A stretch of DNA of 51,602 nt. It comes from Octopus bimaculoides (lineage: Eukaryota). The notes beneath the pieces were generated by a model. It saw only the letters and a list, made by a program, of their open reading frames with translations, ran no database searches and was not told the origin of the DNA. The position numbers and the translations under genes are program-made. This document shows, piece after piece, positions 1 to 11,402 of the stretch (position 1 is the first letter of the stretch; each line of letters starts with the position of its first letter). The stretch spans positions 26,928,874 through 26,980,475 of the forward strand of contig NC_069004.1 in assembly GCF_001194135.2 (NCBI RefSeq), written 5' to 3'.

Positions 1-465
1 ATATATATATATACATGTATGTATGTATGTATGTTTATATGTCCTCGTAACAAAGCAGTTTGGCAAAAGAGACCGGTGGAATAAGTCCCGGGGTCACTTT
101 GTTCGACTGAAAAAAAAAACTCTTCAAGCGATGCCTTGAATGCACGTACATATAGGAATACACTCTACTGAAAGACATGATGGCAGAAGTAGGACAAGTC
201 CAGAGAAAGAAGACATGGAAAAGAGATAGTGATTGAAGTGATCACAGAATGTTTGACGAAAGAACTATGACAAAAAAAACGATAAAAAATAGTTACAGAA
301 AAAGATCAAATAAACGGTGCGTGTGATTATTGGCAAAATTACCGTCCCCAAATATAAAAATCCCAATACGCGATTTTACATCAAGAATGTTACGAAACAA
401 TATAAATGTAATACGTATATATACAGTTTGGCTACTTGTTTCTCTGGAGACTGTCAGAATGTTGT

Positions 466-514
466 AGACGCCTCTGACGAGAACCCAATAAGGTTCAAAA
501 ATCGATTAAGCTTG
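466..514 (+). ncRNA. Minimal type I hammerhead ribozyme-like motif, copy 1 (G12 mutated to A, likely inactive)
   Basis: CTGACGA 474-480, stem II GAACC/GGTTC with loop CAATAA, AAAA in place of GAAA, palindromic stem III AATCGATT, then A; stem I imperfect. Confidence 0.55.
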
Positions 515-769
515 TTCATCATTTTTTTCAGTCTGCAGAGAAATCGCTAAAATTTGCCCTGTGTTATAATTATACCATATATTAGATGCATATTATATCA
601 TACATTGATACTGTGTGGACTAAGATCCCCGTTGACAGGCCGCTGATGTTTATAGTGTTAAACACCTTCGGTATGCAAATTAGGAACTCCTTCATAGAGA
701 AACTGCTGCATTTGTTGAGAATATAAACCGTTTGGCTGCTAATCTCTTTGGAGACTGTCAGCATGATGT

Positions 770-818
770 ATACGCATCTGACGAGAACCCAATAAGGTTC
801 GAAAATTGATTAGGTTTG
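770..818 (+). ncRNA. Minimal type I hammerhead ribozyme-like motif, copy 2 (catalytic core intact)
   Basis: CTGACGA 778-784, stem II GAACC/GGTTC, GAAA 801-804, near-palindromic stem III AATTGATT, UUA triplet; stem I degenerate. Confidence 0.6.
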
Positions 819-904
819 TTCATAATTTCCTTTCAGTCTACAACAGAAAGGAACACAGAAATTAGCAGAGAGAGAAAATAAAAAAATAAGGTTTAATAGC
901 TATC

Positions 905-968
905 GATCAATCAAGGCGAATGAATCCGGAACCATGTGGTTGGGAAGCAAGTTACTTACCACACAGCC
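905..968 (-). mobile_element. SINE family B, tRNA-like 5' head fragment
   Basis: Reverse complement gtggctgtgtggtaagtaacttgcttcccaaccacatggttccggattc matches the heads at 24581, 25013 and 44860-44925. Confidence 0.7.
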
Positions 969-1155
969 ACTTTTATATATAAAGTAATGCTTGTTGCCAC
1001 TTCATATAACGATTCTAAATTTTATCTTCCTAAATCTGGAATATTTTTCATTTTTATCGAGATTCTTCTTACGCTTTGCACAAAGACGTACGTTGGGTGT
1101 AACAAAACAAAATATTAATCTACATAATTACTGCATCTATCCACCTCACTTTCGG

Positions 1156-1176
1156 TCTCTCTCTCTCTCTTTATCA

Positions 1177-1213
<37 letters not shown>

Positions 1214-1272
1214 ACCCTCTCTCACTCTGTCTCTTTCTCTCTCTTACCCTCTCTCACTCTCTCTCTCTCTCT
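1156..1272. repeat. Imperfect (CT)n microsatellite
   Basis: Directly visible. Confidence 0.9.
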
Positions 1273-1914
1273 CTTCTTTTTCTATCTATCTATTTATGTT
1301 GTTACCTATCTATCTACGTAGCTATTCTTCCATTCATCGCTATAAGTGTGTTTTTACGTATGTTTGTATGTTTGTATGTATGTGAGTGTATGTGCGTATA
1401 CGCAAGACTGTGTCTACATGTGTGTGCGCTTGTATGTTTATGTGTACGGTGTGTCTATGACCATATTGCTATATATGTATGAGCGTTTGTAACAGTATGT
1501 GTGTGTTGGTATATGTATGTGTATGTATCCGAAATCATTTTTTTTTTTTGCAATATATCACAGAAAATCATATTATTCTTTTTAGTCTTGTAATGAATGC
1601 AATTTTTATAGAAACTATCAACAACAAGAACAACAACAGTAACAACAGCACCAACAACTACTACTACTATTACTACTACTACTACTACTGCTACTACTGC
1701 TACTACAATATCCAACTAAGCTACCAATTATAAGTCTAATACAGTCACATACCGCAACACATTAAAACAAAGGCACACACATCGCTCACATACACTAATA
1801 CATACGTATACAGAGGGAAAAAGAGAGAGGGAGATATAAAGCAGGATAGAGAGAGAGAGAGAGGCAGAGAGACAATGCGTGGAAGTGAGTGATGGACAGA
1901 AGAGGAGAGTGTTG

Positions 1915-1968
<54 letters not shown>

Positions 1969-2546
1969 GTAATGCAGAATATTATAATGCAATAACGTTC
2001 ATTCTGCAAGAATTGTTTAAGAATCCAGTTTCCTCTTCTGTAATGTAATTATGAGATCTGGTCTCAGATATNNNNNNNNNNNNNNNNNNNNNNNNNNNNN
2101 NNNNNNNNNNNNNNNNNNNNNNNNNNNNNNNNNNNNNNNNNNNNNNNNNNNNNNNNNNNNNNNNNNNNNNNNNNNNNNNNNNNNNNNNNNNNNNNNNNNN
2201 NNNNNNNNNNNNNNNNNNNNNNNNNNNNNNNNNNNNNNNNNNNNNNNNNNNNNNNNNNNNNNNNNNNNNNNNNNNNNNNNNNNNNNNNNNNNNNNNNNNN
2301 NNNNNNNNNNNNNNNNNNNNNNNNNNNNNNNNNNNNNNNNNNNNNNNNNNNNNNNNNNNNNNNNNNNNNNNNNNNNNNNNNNNNNNNNNNNNNNNNNNNN
2401 NNNNNNNNNNNNNNNNNNNNNNNNNNNNNNNNNNNNNNNNNNNNNNNNNNNNNNNNNNNNNNNNNNNNNNNNNNNNNNNNNNNNNNNNNNNNNNNNNNNN
2501 NNNNNNNNNNNNNNNNNNNNNNNNNNNNNNNNNNNNNNNNNNNNNN

Positions 2547-2750
2547 GAAGAAGAAGAAGAAGAAGAAGAAGAAGAAGAAGAAGAAGAAGAAGAAGAAGAA
2601 ATAGGAGGAACGCAGGAAGAAAAAGAAAGGAAAGAAGTAGAGGACATAGGAAAAGAAGACAATAATGAAGAAAAAGAAAAAGAAGAAGAAGATAAAGGAG
2701 AAAAGTAAGGAGGAGAGATGGCGCAAATGTGTAAGAAGATGCAGAAAACA

Positions 2751-2815
<65 letters not shown>

Positions 2816-2910
2816 TAAGGAGAAGAATGGAGAAAAGGAAGAAAAAGAAGAACAAGAACAAGAACAAGAAGATCAAGAAGAACAAGAAGAAGAACAAGAA
2901 GAAGAAAAAT
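2547..2910. repeat. Compound (GAA)n / (AAT)n / GAA-rich microsatellite
   Basis: Directly visible; abuts an N gap. Confidence 0.9.
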
Positions 2911-3154
2911 AAGAGCGAGGAGGAGGAAGGGGAGGAAACGTGGGAGATAAAGGAAAGAACAATAATATCGTTGATGAAGGTGATGATGCTGGTGATGATG
3001 TTGATAGTCTTAGTGGTTTATGGTTGTATACGTTTTCTTCATTATGGAGATGATGATGATAATCATCATTGCCATCATCATCATTAGCATCATTATATTC
3101 CTCAGCATCATCATTATCATCATCATCAACATCAGCAACACCAGCAACCGCAGA

Positions 3155-3293
3155 TGCTGGCAGAACTGCTGGACTTTGCCTTTCATCCTTTCAGGGTCGA
3201 AAAAATAAGTACCAGTTGTGTACTGGGGTCGATGTAATCGACTTAACACCCCTACCCCGCCAAATTTCAGGCCTTATGCCTATAATGGAAAGG

Positions 3294-3297
<4 letters not shown>
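3155..3297 (+). mobile_element. SINE family A, internally deleted copy followed by (ATT)n
   Basis: gctggcagaa...gactttgcctttcatcctttcagggtcgaaaaaataagtaccagtt...ggggtcgatgtaatcgactt...ggccttatgcc matches the copies at 23388 and 23778. Confidence 0.8.
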
Positions 3298-3353
<56 letters not shown>

Positions 3354-3940
3354 ATTATTATCATTATTATTATTAAGGCTCCCAGGATCGTTAGCACTCT
3401 GGACAAAATGATTAGCGATATTTNNNNNNNNNNNNNNNNNNNNNNNNNNNNNNNNNNNNNNNNNNNNNNNNNNNNNNNNNNNNNNNNNNNNNNNNNNNNN
3501 NNNNNNNNNNNNNNNNNNNNNNNNNNNNNNNNNNNNNNNNNNNNNNNNNNNNNNNNNNNNNNNNNNNNNNNNNNNNNNNNNNNNNNNNNNNNNNNNNNNN
3601 NNNNNNNNNNNNNNNNNNNNNNNNNNNNNNNNNNNNNNNNNNNNNNNNNNNNNNNNNNNNNNNNNNNNNNNNNNNNNNNNNNNNNNNNNNNNNNNNNNNN
3701 NNNNNNNNNNNNNNNNNNNNNNNNNNNNNNNNNNNNNNNNNNNNNNNNNNNNNNNNNNNNNNNNNNNNNNNNNNNNNNNNNNNNNNNNNNNNNNNNNNNN
3801 NNNNNNNNNNNNNNNNNNNNNNNNNNNNNNNNNNNNNNNNNNNNNNNNNNNNNNNNNNNNNNNNNNNNNNNNNNNNNNNNNNNNNNNNNNNNNNNNNNNN
3901 NNNNNNNNNNNNNNNNNNNNNNNNNNNNNNNNNNNNNNNN

Positions 3941-4530
3941 GGACGGATCCGTGAGTCGGCCGATCCCTCCTTCAACCGGGCAGGCAAAGCAGCATTCCTT
4001 TGCCTGGTGGCTGTGGTGGAATAGGTTATTTGATAGACAAGGCTGAAAGGCATGAGGACAGATACATTCCTCTTTGGTAGAATTCTCACTGACTTCTTCA
4101 AGGTTCACTTGAAAAGGTAATTGAGAGTGGAGAGGGAAGTGCTGTCCTCGAGTGAGTTTATTGAAAGGTGGGTGAAAGTTGCAAAAATGAAAGTGAAAGT
4201 TGCGAAGAGTGGATGGTACCACTCTGAGTGTAGAGAAGGAATTGCAGAGGGCACTTTCTCTTGAGGTTTCAGGGAAAACTCGGACAATAGGGCATCTCGA
4301 ATATACGTAGAGGCCTTCCTGTATTAGAAGGGCCGCATCTCTATCATCCACCCCAGCATTTTTCTGAAGCCTTTGTATGTTATGCATATGTGCCTTCTTT
4401 TTCAGTGTATACCGCGTATACTTACTATCTTTCTTTTTTATCTCTTCATTATATTTAAACCCCCACACATTATATCTCGCAGTTGTGCCAAGTAAATGAA
4501 ATCATAATAATAATCATTATTATTATTAAT
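3941..4530 (+). mobile_element. Tx1/L1-clade LINE, 3' end of ORF2 plus 3' UTR, degraded (copy 1)
   Basis: Frame with stops NRAGKAAFLCLVAVVE*VI**TRLK...FFKVHLKR*LRVEREVLSSSEFIERWVKVAKM resembles the Tx1 ORF2 C-terminus. Strongly similar to 7090-7600. Ends aaatgaaatc followed by ATA/ATT repeats. Confidence 0.65.
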
Positions 4531-5519
4531 ATTATCATTATTATTGTTGTTGTTGCTGTTATTATTATTATTATTCACTGCGACATAGGTAAACATATAC
4601 TTACAACACATCGAAAATATGTATTTATTTATGGATATAATTTTTTATTAAAGATACTCACATGGAGATAAATTCCTAAAGTTTGCAGTCTCCTCTTATA
4701 GAGATTGACAAAATAAAAAAAGAAAATGTTTTATATTTGGATAAAGATTATTCATTATATCAGGCGACCGCAACAATTTCTATGAATATTTCCTGTCACA
4801 ACTACAGTAAAGGACTAGAGTGGTGGAAAATCTACAAGTCAATACCTTTTACACATGGGAAATAAACAAACGCGTAATACTGTTCCAATTACAGCTCAGA
4901 GGGTTAATTTATAAGCAGAAACTTAAAGGGAGAAGCGTGAAAATTATTATCGTCACCAACATCACTACCACCATCATCAGCATCATCAGTAGCAGCAGCA
5001 GCAGCTGGCAGAATGGTTAGAACGCCGAACAAAATGCCTTGCGGCATTTTTTTCCGTCTCTACGTTGTTAGTTCTCGATATGGAACGTTTTCATGGAAGA
5101 TTGAAAGCTCGACTTAGTTTCGTGCATCGAACTGCGGCTAGTAATGGAATAACAGTGGAACCGGAAAAGGAAACACCTAGCTTCTCTGTGTTCCATATAA
5201 TTCAGTAGCCAAAGATGGACGTGGGGGTGGCGGTGATGGTGGTGGTGGTGGTGCTGCTGTTGGTGGTGNNNNNNNNNNNNNNNNNNNNNNNNNNNNNNNN
5301 NNNNNNNNNNNNNNNNNNNNNNNNNNNNNNNNNNNNNNNNNNNNNNNNNNNNNNNNNNNNNNNNNNNNNNNNNNNNNNNNNNNNNNNNNNNNNNNNNNNN
5401 NNNNNNNNNNNNNNNNNNNNNNNNNNNNNNNNNNNNNNNNNNNNNNNNNNNNNNNNNNNNNNNNNNNNNNNNNNNNNNNNNNNNNNNNNNNNNNNNNNNN
5501 NNNNNNNNNNNNNNNNNNN

Positions 5520-5796
5520 TGATGATGATGATGATGATGATGGTGATGGTGATGGTGATGGTGATGATGATGATGATGATGATGATGGTGGTGATGATGA
5601 TGATGATGATGATGATGGTGGTGATGATGATGATGATGATGATGATGGTGATGTGATGATGAGATGATGATGATGATGATGGTGATGTGATGATGATGAG
5701 ATGATGATGATGATGATGACGATGATTATGACGACGATGATGATGACGACGACGATGATGATGATGATGATGATGATGAGATGATGTTGATGATGT

Positions 5797-5828
<32 letters not shown>

Positions 5829-5970
5829 TTGACGATGTTGATGTTGATGATGATGATGATGATGATGATGATGACGATGACGATGACTTCGACGTCGATG
5901 ATGGTGATGTTTCGGGCGATGATGATGATGATGATGATATGAGGAAGAGGAAGAAGATGGTGACGACGAC

Positions 5971-6025
<55 letters not shown>
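5520..6025. repeat. Long imperfect (GAT)n microsatellite
   Basis: Directly visible, with GGT/GAC/GTT variants. Confidence 0.9.
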
Positions 6026-6027
<2 letters not shown>

Positions 6028-6316
6028 AACTGGCTTGATGTTTCTTCTGAGATATTGGTGATATTTTCTCTTCCTTAATTTCGCTGTTGTTGTTGTTGGT
6101 GGTGCTGGTGGTTTTGCAATCGTTATAATGTTGATGAATATCTCAGCTATTGTTGTTGCTATTGTTGTTCTTGTTTTTAGGATTTTTGTTGTTGTTAAGG
6201 ATATTCTTTAGAATAGGATAATGTCTGTGTGGTTAAATGCCGTTAGTAAAAGAGGCTTTGAAAATCGATGAAGGACAATGGTGATGCAGAATAGGCGATA
6301 AAGTGTAAGACAGTTT

Positions 6317-6780
6317 AATTATTATTATTATTATTGTTTTGTTTTGTTTTAATTACGAAATTTATAGTGATTTTATTAGAACATTTAAATACAAAGAAAC
6401 AGGAAGAGAAAGAGAGAGAAAGAGAGCGATAAGAACAGAATAAGAAAGAAAAGGAAAGTGGGGGTTGGGTGTCAAAAGAGGGCCGATAAACCACATTCTC
6501 AGGAAAAATGGTGTGCTCAGCCTCGCCCCGTGGTAATCATCGCGATGGCGTTGCCGCGGAGAATGGCCAGCAGCACTCGCTGCAGTAGCTAATCCACCTC
6601 GCGGGGCTCATTTCTCCCACTGGCCCCCGTTATCCCTATTTTGCGGAGGTATTCGATAATGCGGGGGTCCTAGAACAACCTAACGTCTCGACGGCGACCC
6701 ACACAAACTGATAGCGGCCAGCCAAAACCCTGTATTTATTAATCTTTCTCTCCTCATTTATACGGGTGGCGACATCCGGA
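6317..6780 (-). mobile_element. CRE-clade non-LTR retrotransposon, 5'-truncated; restriction-like endonuclease C-terminus plus 3' UTR
   Basis: Minus strand: PDVATRINEERKINKYRVLAGRYQFVWVAVETLG (frameshift) LRKIG...EPREVD*LLQRVLLAILRGNAIAM...* (stop 6517-6519). This matches the CRE-type K..KY..L...Y.F.P.AVETLG...LLQR.S.A.QRGNA motif. An AATAAA and A-rich/(AAT) tail follow at ~6317-6385. Confidence 0.75.
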
Positions 6781-7089
6781 TTTGTAGACGTGGTGGACGT
6801 GGTGGTGGTGGTGGTGGTGGTGGTAGTGGTGATTGTGGTGGTTACGGTAGTAGTGGTTACGGAAACGATGATGATGCTGGTGGTGATGACGGTGGTGGTA
6901 GTATTTATAGTGCTGCTTACAGCTGGGGCAGATGCTGACGGTGGTCTTACAGATTGTGTCTAATCTTTAGTACATTCCGTTTGCACATATTTTTGTAGTT
7001 TAGACGTCCTTACACCCATTAATAGTTCTCCGCATCTTTAGTATATATAATCATCATCCTCACACGACATTGTGCCAAACCCTACTTAC

Positions 7090-7600
7090 CTTCTGTGTTG
7101 TATTGTCCCTATTTTGTTTGGTGGACTAGGCTGAAAAGCATGAGGACAGATAGATTCCTCTTTGTTAGAGGTCTCATTAACTCCTTCATGTTTCACTTGA
7201 AAAGCAAATTGTGAGTGGAGAGGGAAGTGCTGTCCTCGAGTGAGTTTATCAAAAGGTGGGTGAAAGTTCCGAAAATGGCAAAAGTGTAGCCCTTTGAGTC
7301 AGAGAGAAGAAATTGGAGAGGACACTTGCTCTCGGGATTTCAGGGAAGTCTTGGACAGTGGGATTCCTCGATTATCCCTAGAAGCTTTCCTATATCAGGA
7401 GAGTCACTTTTAAATCTTTGTAAGCTATGCATATGTGCCTTCTTTTTCAGTGTATACTGTGTATACTTACTTTCTTTTATTCCGTTTTTTTAAAAATATT
7501 TTTTATCTTTCCATTTTATGTAAACTCCACACACTTCATGTCTGTCTTTGTATTGTCCCCCTCATCCTTCGCCCTTGTGGCAAATAAATGAAATCGTTAT
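7090..7600 (+). mobile_element. Tx1/L1-clade LINE 3' fragment, degraded (copy 2)
   Basis: catgaggacagatagattcctctttg...cacttgaaaagcaaattgtgagtggagagggaagtgctgtcctcgagtgagtttat aligns with 4052-4170. Shares the 3' UTR and the aaatgaaatc end, followed by (TTA)n. Confidence 0.65.
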
Positions 7601-7623
7601 TATTATTATTGTTATTATTATTA

Positions 7624-7661
<38 letters not shown>

Positions 7662-8310
7662 ATTATTATTATTATTGATTTTTATGGGATCTATTTTGTT
7701 CTTCGTTTTATTGCTTCGTGGGTGTGAAACTCATTCCGATTATTTTGGTTTAACATTAATTTTCTTCTTCGAGAGCCCAGTCCTTGATGTCGTTGTTGTC
7801 GGTGTTGTTGTTGCAGTTGTTATTGTTGTTGTTGTTCTTGTTTTTATTGTTATTTTCCTTCATCTTCGAAAAGTTTCCCATTTTCAAGTTTATATACGTT
7901 TTAGTATCGTTTTGTTTATTTTGTATTTCTTCATCATTTTTGACTATTGTTATTCTCACTGCTTCTGCTGCTGCTGCTGTTGTTGTTGTTGTTGTTGCTG
8001 TTGTTGTTGTGCTTGTGGTGGTTGTAATATTGGTGATAGTGAAGGCAGCGGCGACGGCGGAAGAAGAAGCTTTCTTGATATGTTTTTTGTGCCTTTTTCC
8101 TATTTTTACGTTTTCCTCTTACGTTTCCTATTTTCGACCTTCATTTTCTTGTTACATTTTCTTATCTCTATTAGGGTTTTTTTTCTTCATCCTTGCCGTA
8201 AAACTTACCAAAATCGCTTATTCCAATTGCCAACCTCTTCTCTCTCTGTCTTTTGTTATTATTCCAAGAAGCAACATAATCCTATCAACTGCACATATAC
8301 TTCTCACAAT

Positions 8311-8322
8311 ACACACACACAC

Positions 8323-8396
<74 letters not shown>
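8311..8396. repeat. (CA)n microsatellite
   Basis: Directly visible. Confidence 0.95.
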
Positions 8397-8398
<2 letters not shown>

Positions 8399-8951
8399 AC
8401 ATACACACCACGCCACACCACACCCATCATTCGATAACACTTCATCGATAGCTCACATCGATAATTCTCTAATCGGTAATTTTCATCGATACGTCCCTCA
8501 TCGATAATTCCACATTGCAATCTATCGTTCGCCTGTTCAGCTCAACAGCTATCCAACGATAATTGAATCAACGGCCATTTTTCTCTATTCTTCGCCAACT
8601 TTTCCTATCTTTCTTCGGAGACGTAATTGAATGAAAATAAAATCCTGTTTCGTAACATTAGATTATAAACACAGTCCATACCCTACAACTACATTTACCA
8701 CCGCCACTGCCGCCCTCAATCGCACAACCGGTATCATCCGTAGTACAGCTCCTTCTGCATTTGTATGCTCCTTATACCTACTCCACATATATACATACTA
8801 ACTCATACATACACGCACTCGTGCGTGTATGGCTACGGTGCTTGTATATAAATGTGTATGTGTAGGTATGTAGATATAAATACATATACATACATATATA
8901 TATATAAGCATATATATATATATATATGCATATGTATATACATATGTACGT

Positions 8952-8990
<39 letters not shown>

Positions 8991-9224
8991 NNNNNNNNNN
9001 NNNNNNNNNNNNNNNNNNNNNNNNNNNNNNNNNNNNNNNNNNNNNNNNNNNNNNNNNNNNNNNNNNNNNNNNNNNNNNNNNNNNNNNNNNNNNNNNNNNN
9101 NNNNNNNNNNNNNNNNNNNNNNNNNNNNNNNNNNNNNNNNNNNNNNNNNNNNNNNNNNNNNNNNNNNNNNNNNNNNNNNNNNNNNNNNNNNNNNNNNNNN
9201 NNNNNNNNNNNNNNNNNNNNNNNN

Positions 9225-9293
<69 letters not shown>

Positions 9294-9552
9294 CAAATGT
9301 ACACACTATACATACACATGCAGACATACACATATTTGCATATACATATGTATACGGTATATATAGTACACATACCCAAATACACATACAAACACACACA
9401 CCACACACACACATATATTATATAATCTACATATGCAGGTGCATTTTCATATACACATACAACCTCATGCACACATGTGTATACACGTACACACATGCAT
9501 GCATACACATACAATCTCATTAGTACACATGTGTACACACATACATGCATGC

Positions 9553-9602
<50 letters not shown>

Positions 9603-9834
9603 GCACACATACACATATGTATATATATATATACGCACACATACACATATGTATATATACATATATAGTTTCAAAGGTACTTTGCTGCATACGAAAAGTG
9701 GATTAGGTCACAATAAAGTTATAAAGTAATTTCAAAAGTACAAAGAGAAAAGAGACAAAAGAAACGTGAAGACAACACACACATACACAGACCCCTACAT
9801 ACGCAGACACACAGAAACATAAACACGCTCATAC

Positions 9835-9835
<1 letters not shown>

Positions 9836-9893
<58 letters not shown>
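9836..9893. repeat. (GATA)n microsatellite
   Basis: Directly visible; other GATA arrays occur at ~20650-20735, ~33815-33900 and ~39835-39897. Confidence 0.95.
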
Positions 9894-9894
<1 letters not shown>

Positions 9895-10265
9895 GTAGGA
9901 TCCATCCCGCCCTACAGATGTGTTGTGGACGTTTATTTTCCTGACGCTTCTTGTCGCCTTTCTGCTTGTCACACACAAAGACTTAGGTATATAAATATAT
10001 ATATGCGTTTCATACCTGCGTTTCTTCTTTTCTGTTTACCGATATATTTAGTGCTCTAACGATGTGTGCGCATGTGCAGCTGTATGTGCGTGTATGTGTG
10101 TGCGTGTGGCTGTGTCATACTACCTTTGTATTTTTGCTTATGAAGGAATATATCTAACCGATAAACATGTAAATATACACATACATGCGTACATACATAA
10201 ACGCACACATATAATTGTGTGTGTTTAAGTGCTTGTGTGTGTATGTGTGTGTGTGTGTGTGTGCA

Positions 10266-10311
<46 letters not shown>

Positions 10312-11364
10312 TGTGTGTGTGTGTGTGTGCGTGTGTGTGTATGTGTACGTTTGTGTGAATGCCAAACTCTTGACATTTTTGCTTATGAAGGAATATGTCT
10401 ATCCGTTATGTATATGTAAACATATATGTATGCGTTTGTGTGTGTGTGTGTGTGTGTGCGTGTGTGTATACACAAACACATATATGTGTGTGTTAATGCG
10501 TTTGTATGAGTATGAACGTATTGGAAATGAAGAACACTGATCAATGATTATCGTACTTTTACTTGTTATGTCAATATTTCGAGGTTACGACAGCTTCTTC
10601 AGGAAATCTACGAAGAAATGGTGTTGATAGCTGACTTCCTTTCTATTTAGATTTCGTGGAAAAGGGTTCCTAACGCTGAAGCATTGAATTGAGGTGTGTT
10701 CGCTTTTATAAACTATTCAAGACATCTATATATATAAGGTAATGCTACAGGAAATATATACATAAACATATATACATACATATAGGTATACATGCATGCA
10801 GAAGACATGAGTGTTTATGNNNNNNNNNNNNNNNNNNNNNNNNNNNNNNNNNNNNNNNNNNNNNNNNNNNNNNNNNNNNNNNNNNNNNNNNNNNNNNNNN
10901 NNNNNNNNNNNNNNNNNNNNNNNNNNNNNNNNNNNNNNNNNNNNNNNNNNNNNNNNNNNNNNNNNNNNNNNNNNNNNNNNNNNNNNNNNNNNNNNNNNNN
11001 NNNNNNNNNNNNNNNNNNNNNNNNNNNNNNNNNNNNNNNNNNNNNNNNNNNNNNNNNNNNNNNNNNNNNNNNNNNNNNNNNNNNNNNNNNNNNNNNNNNN
11101 NNNNNNNNNNNNNNNNNNNNNNNNNNNNNNNNNNNNNNNNNNNNNNNNNNNNNNNNNNNNNNNNNNNNNNNNNNNNNNNNNNNNNNNNNNNNNNNNNNNN
11201 NNNNNNNNNNNNNNNNNNNNNNNNNNNNNNNNNNNNNNNNNNNNNNNNNNNNNNNNNNNNNNNNNNNNNNNNNNNNNNNNNNNNNNNNNNNNNNNNNNNN
11301 NNNNNNNNNNNNNNNNNNNNNNNNNNNNNNNNNNNNNNNNNNNNNNNNNNNNNNNNNNNNNNNN

Positions 11365-11402
<38 letters not shown>

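Larger units (their letters stand above)
425..845 (+). mobile_element. Penelope-like element terminal-repeat remnant: two diverged ~110-bp direct repeats 304 bp apart, each with a hammerhead-like motif
   Basis: 426-535 (gtttggctacttgtttctctggagactgtcagaatg...ctgacgagaacccaataaggttc) is repeated at 730-840 (gtttggctgctaatctctttggagactgtcagcatg...ctgacgagaacccaataaggttc). Upstream of copy 2 a short frame LLHRETAAFVEKYKPFGC* resembles the PLE C-terminal RE..FI.K.KP motif. Confidence 0.55.

Noticed and set aside
5520-6025. Poly-Asp acidic protein (e.g. biomineralisation-type) encoded by (GAT)n
   Set aside because: The frame is broken by indels and stops, has no start or splice context, and resembles the other trinucleotide arrays nearby.
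10565-10612. Minus-strand CTGAAGA...GAAA hammerhead-like string
   Set aside because: Neither stem II nor stem I pairs convincingly.
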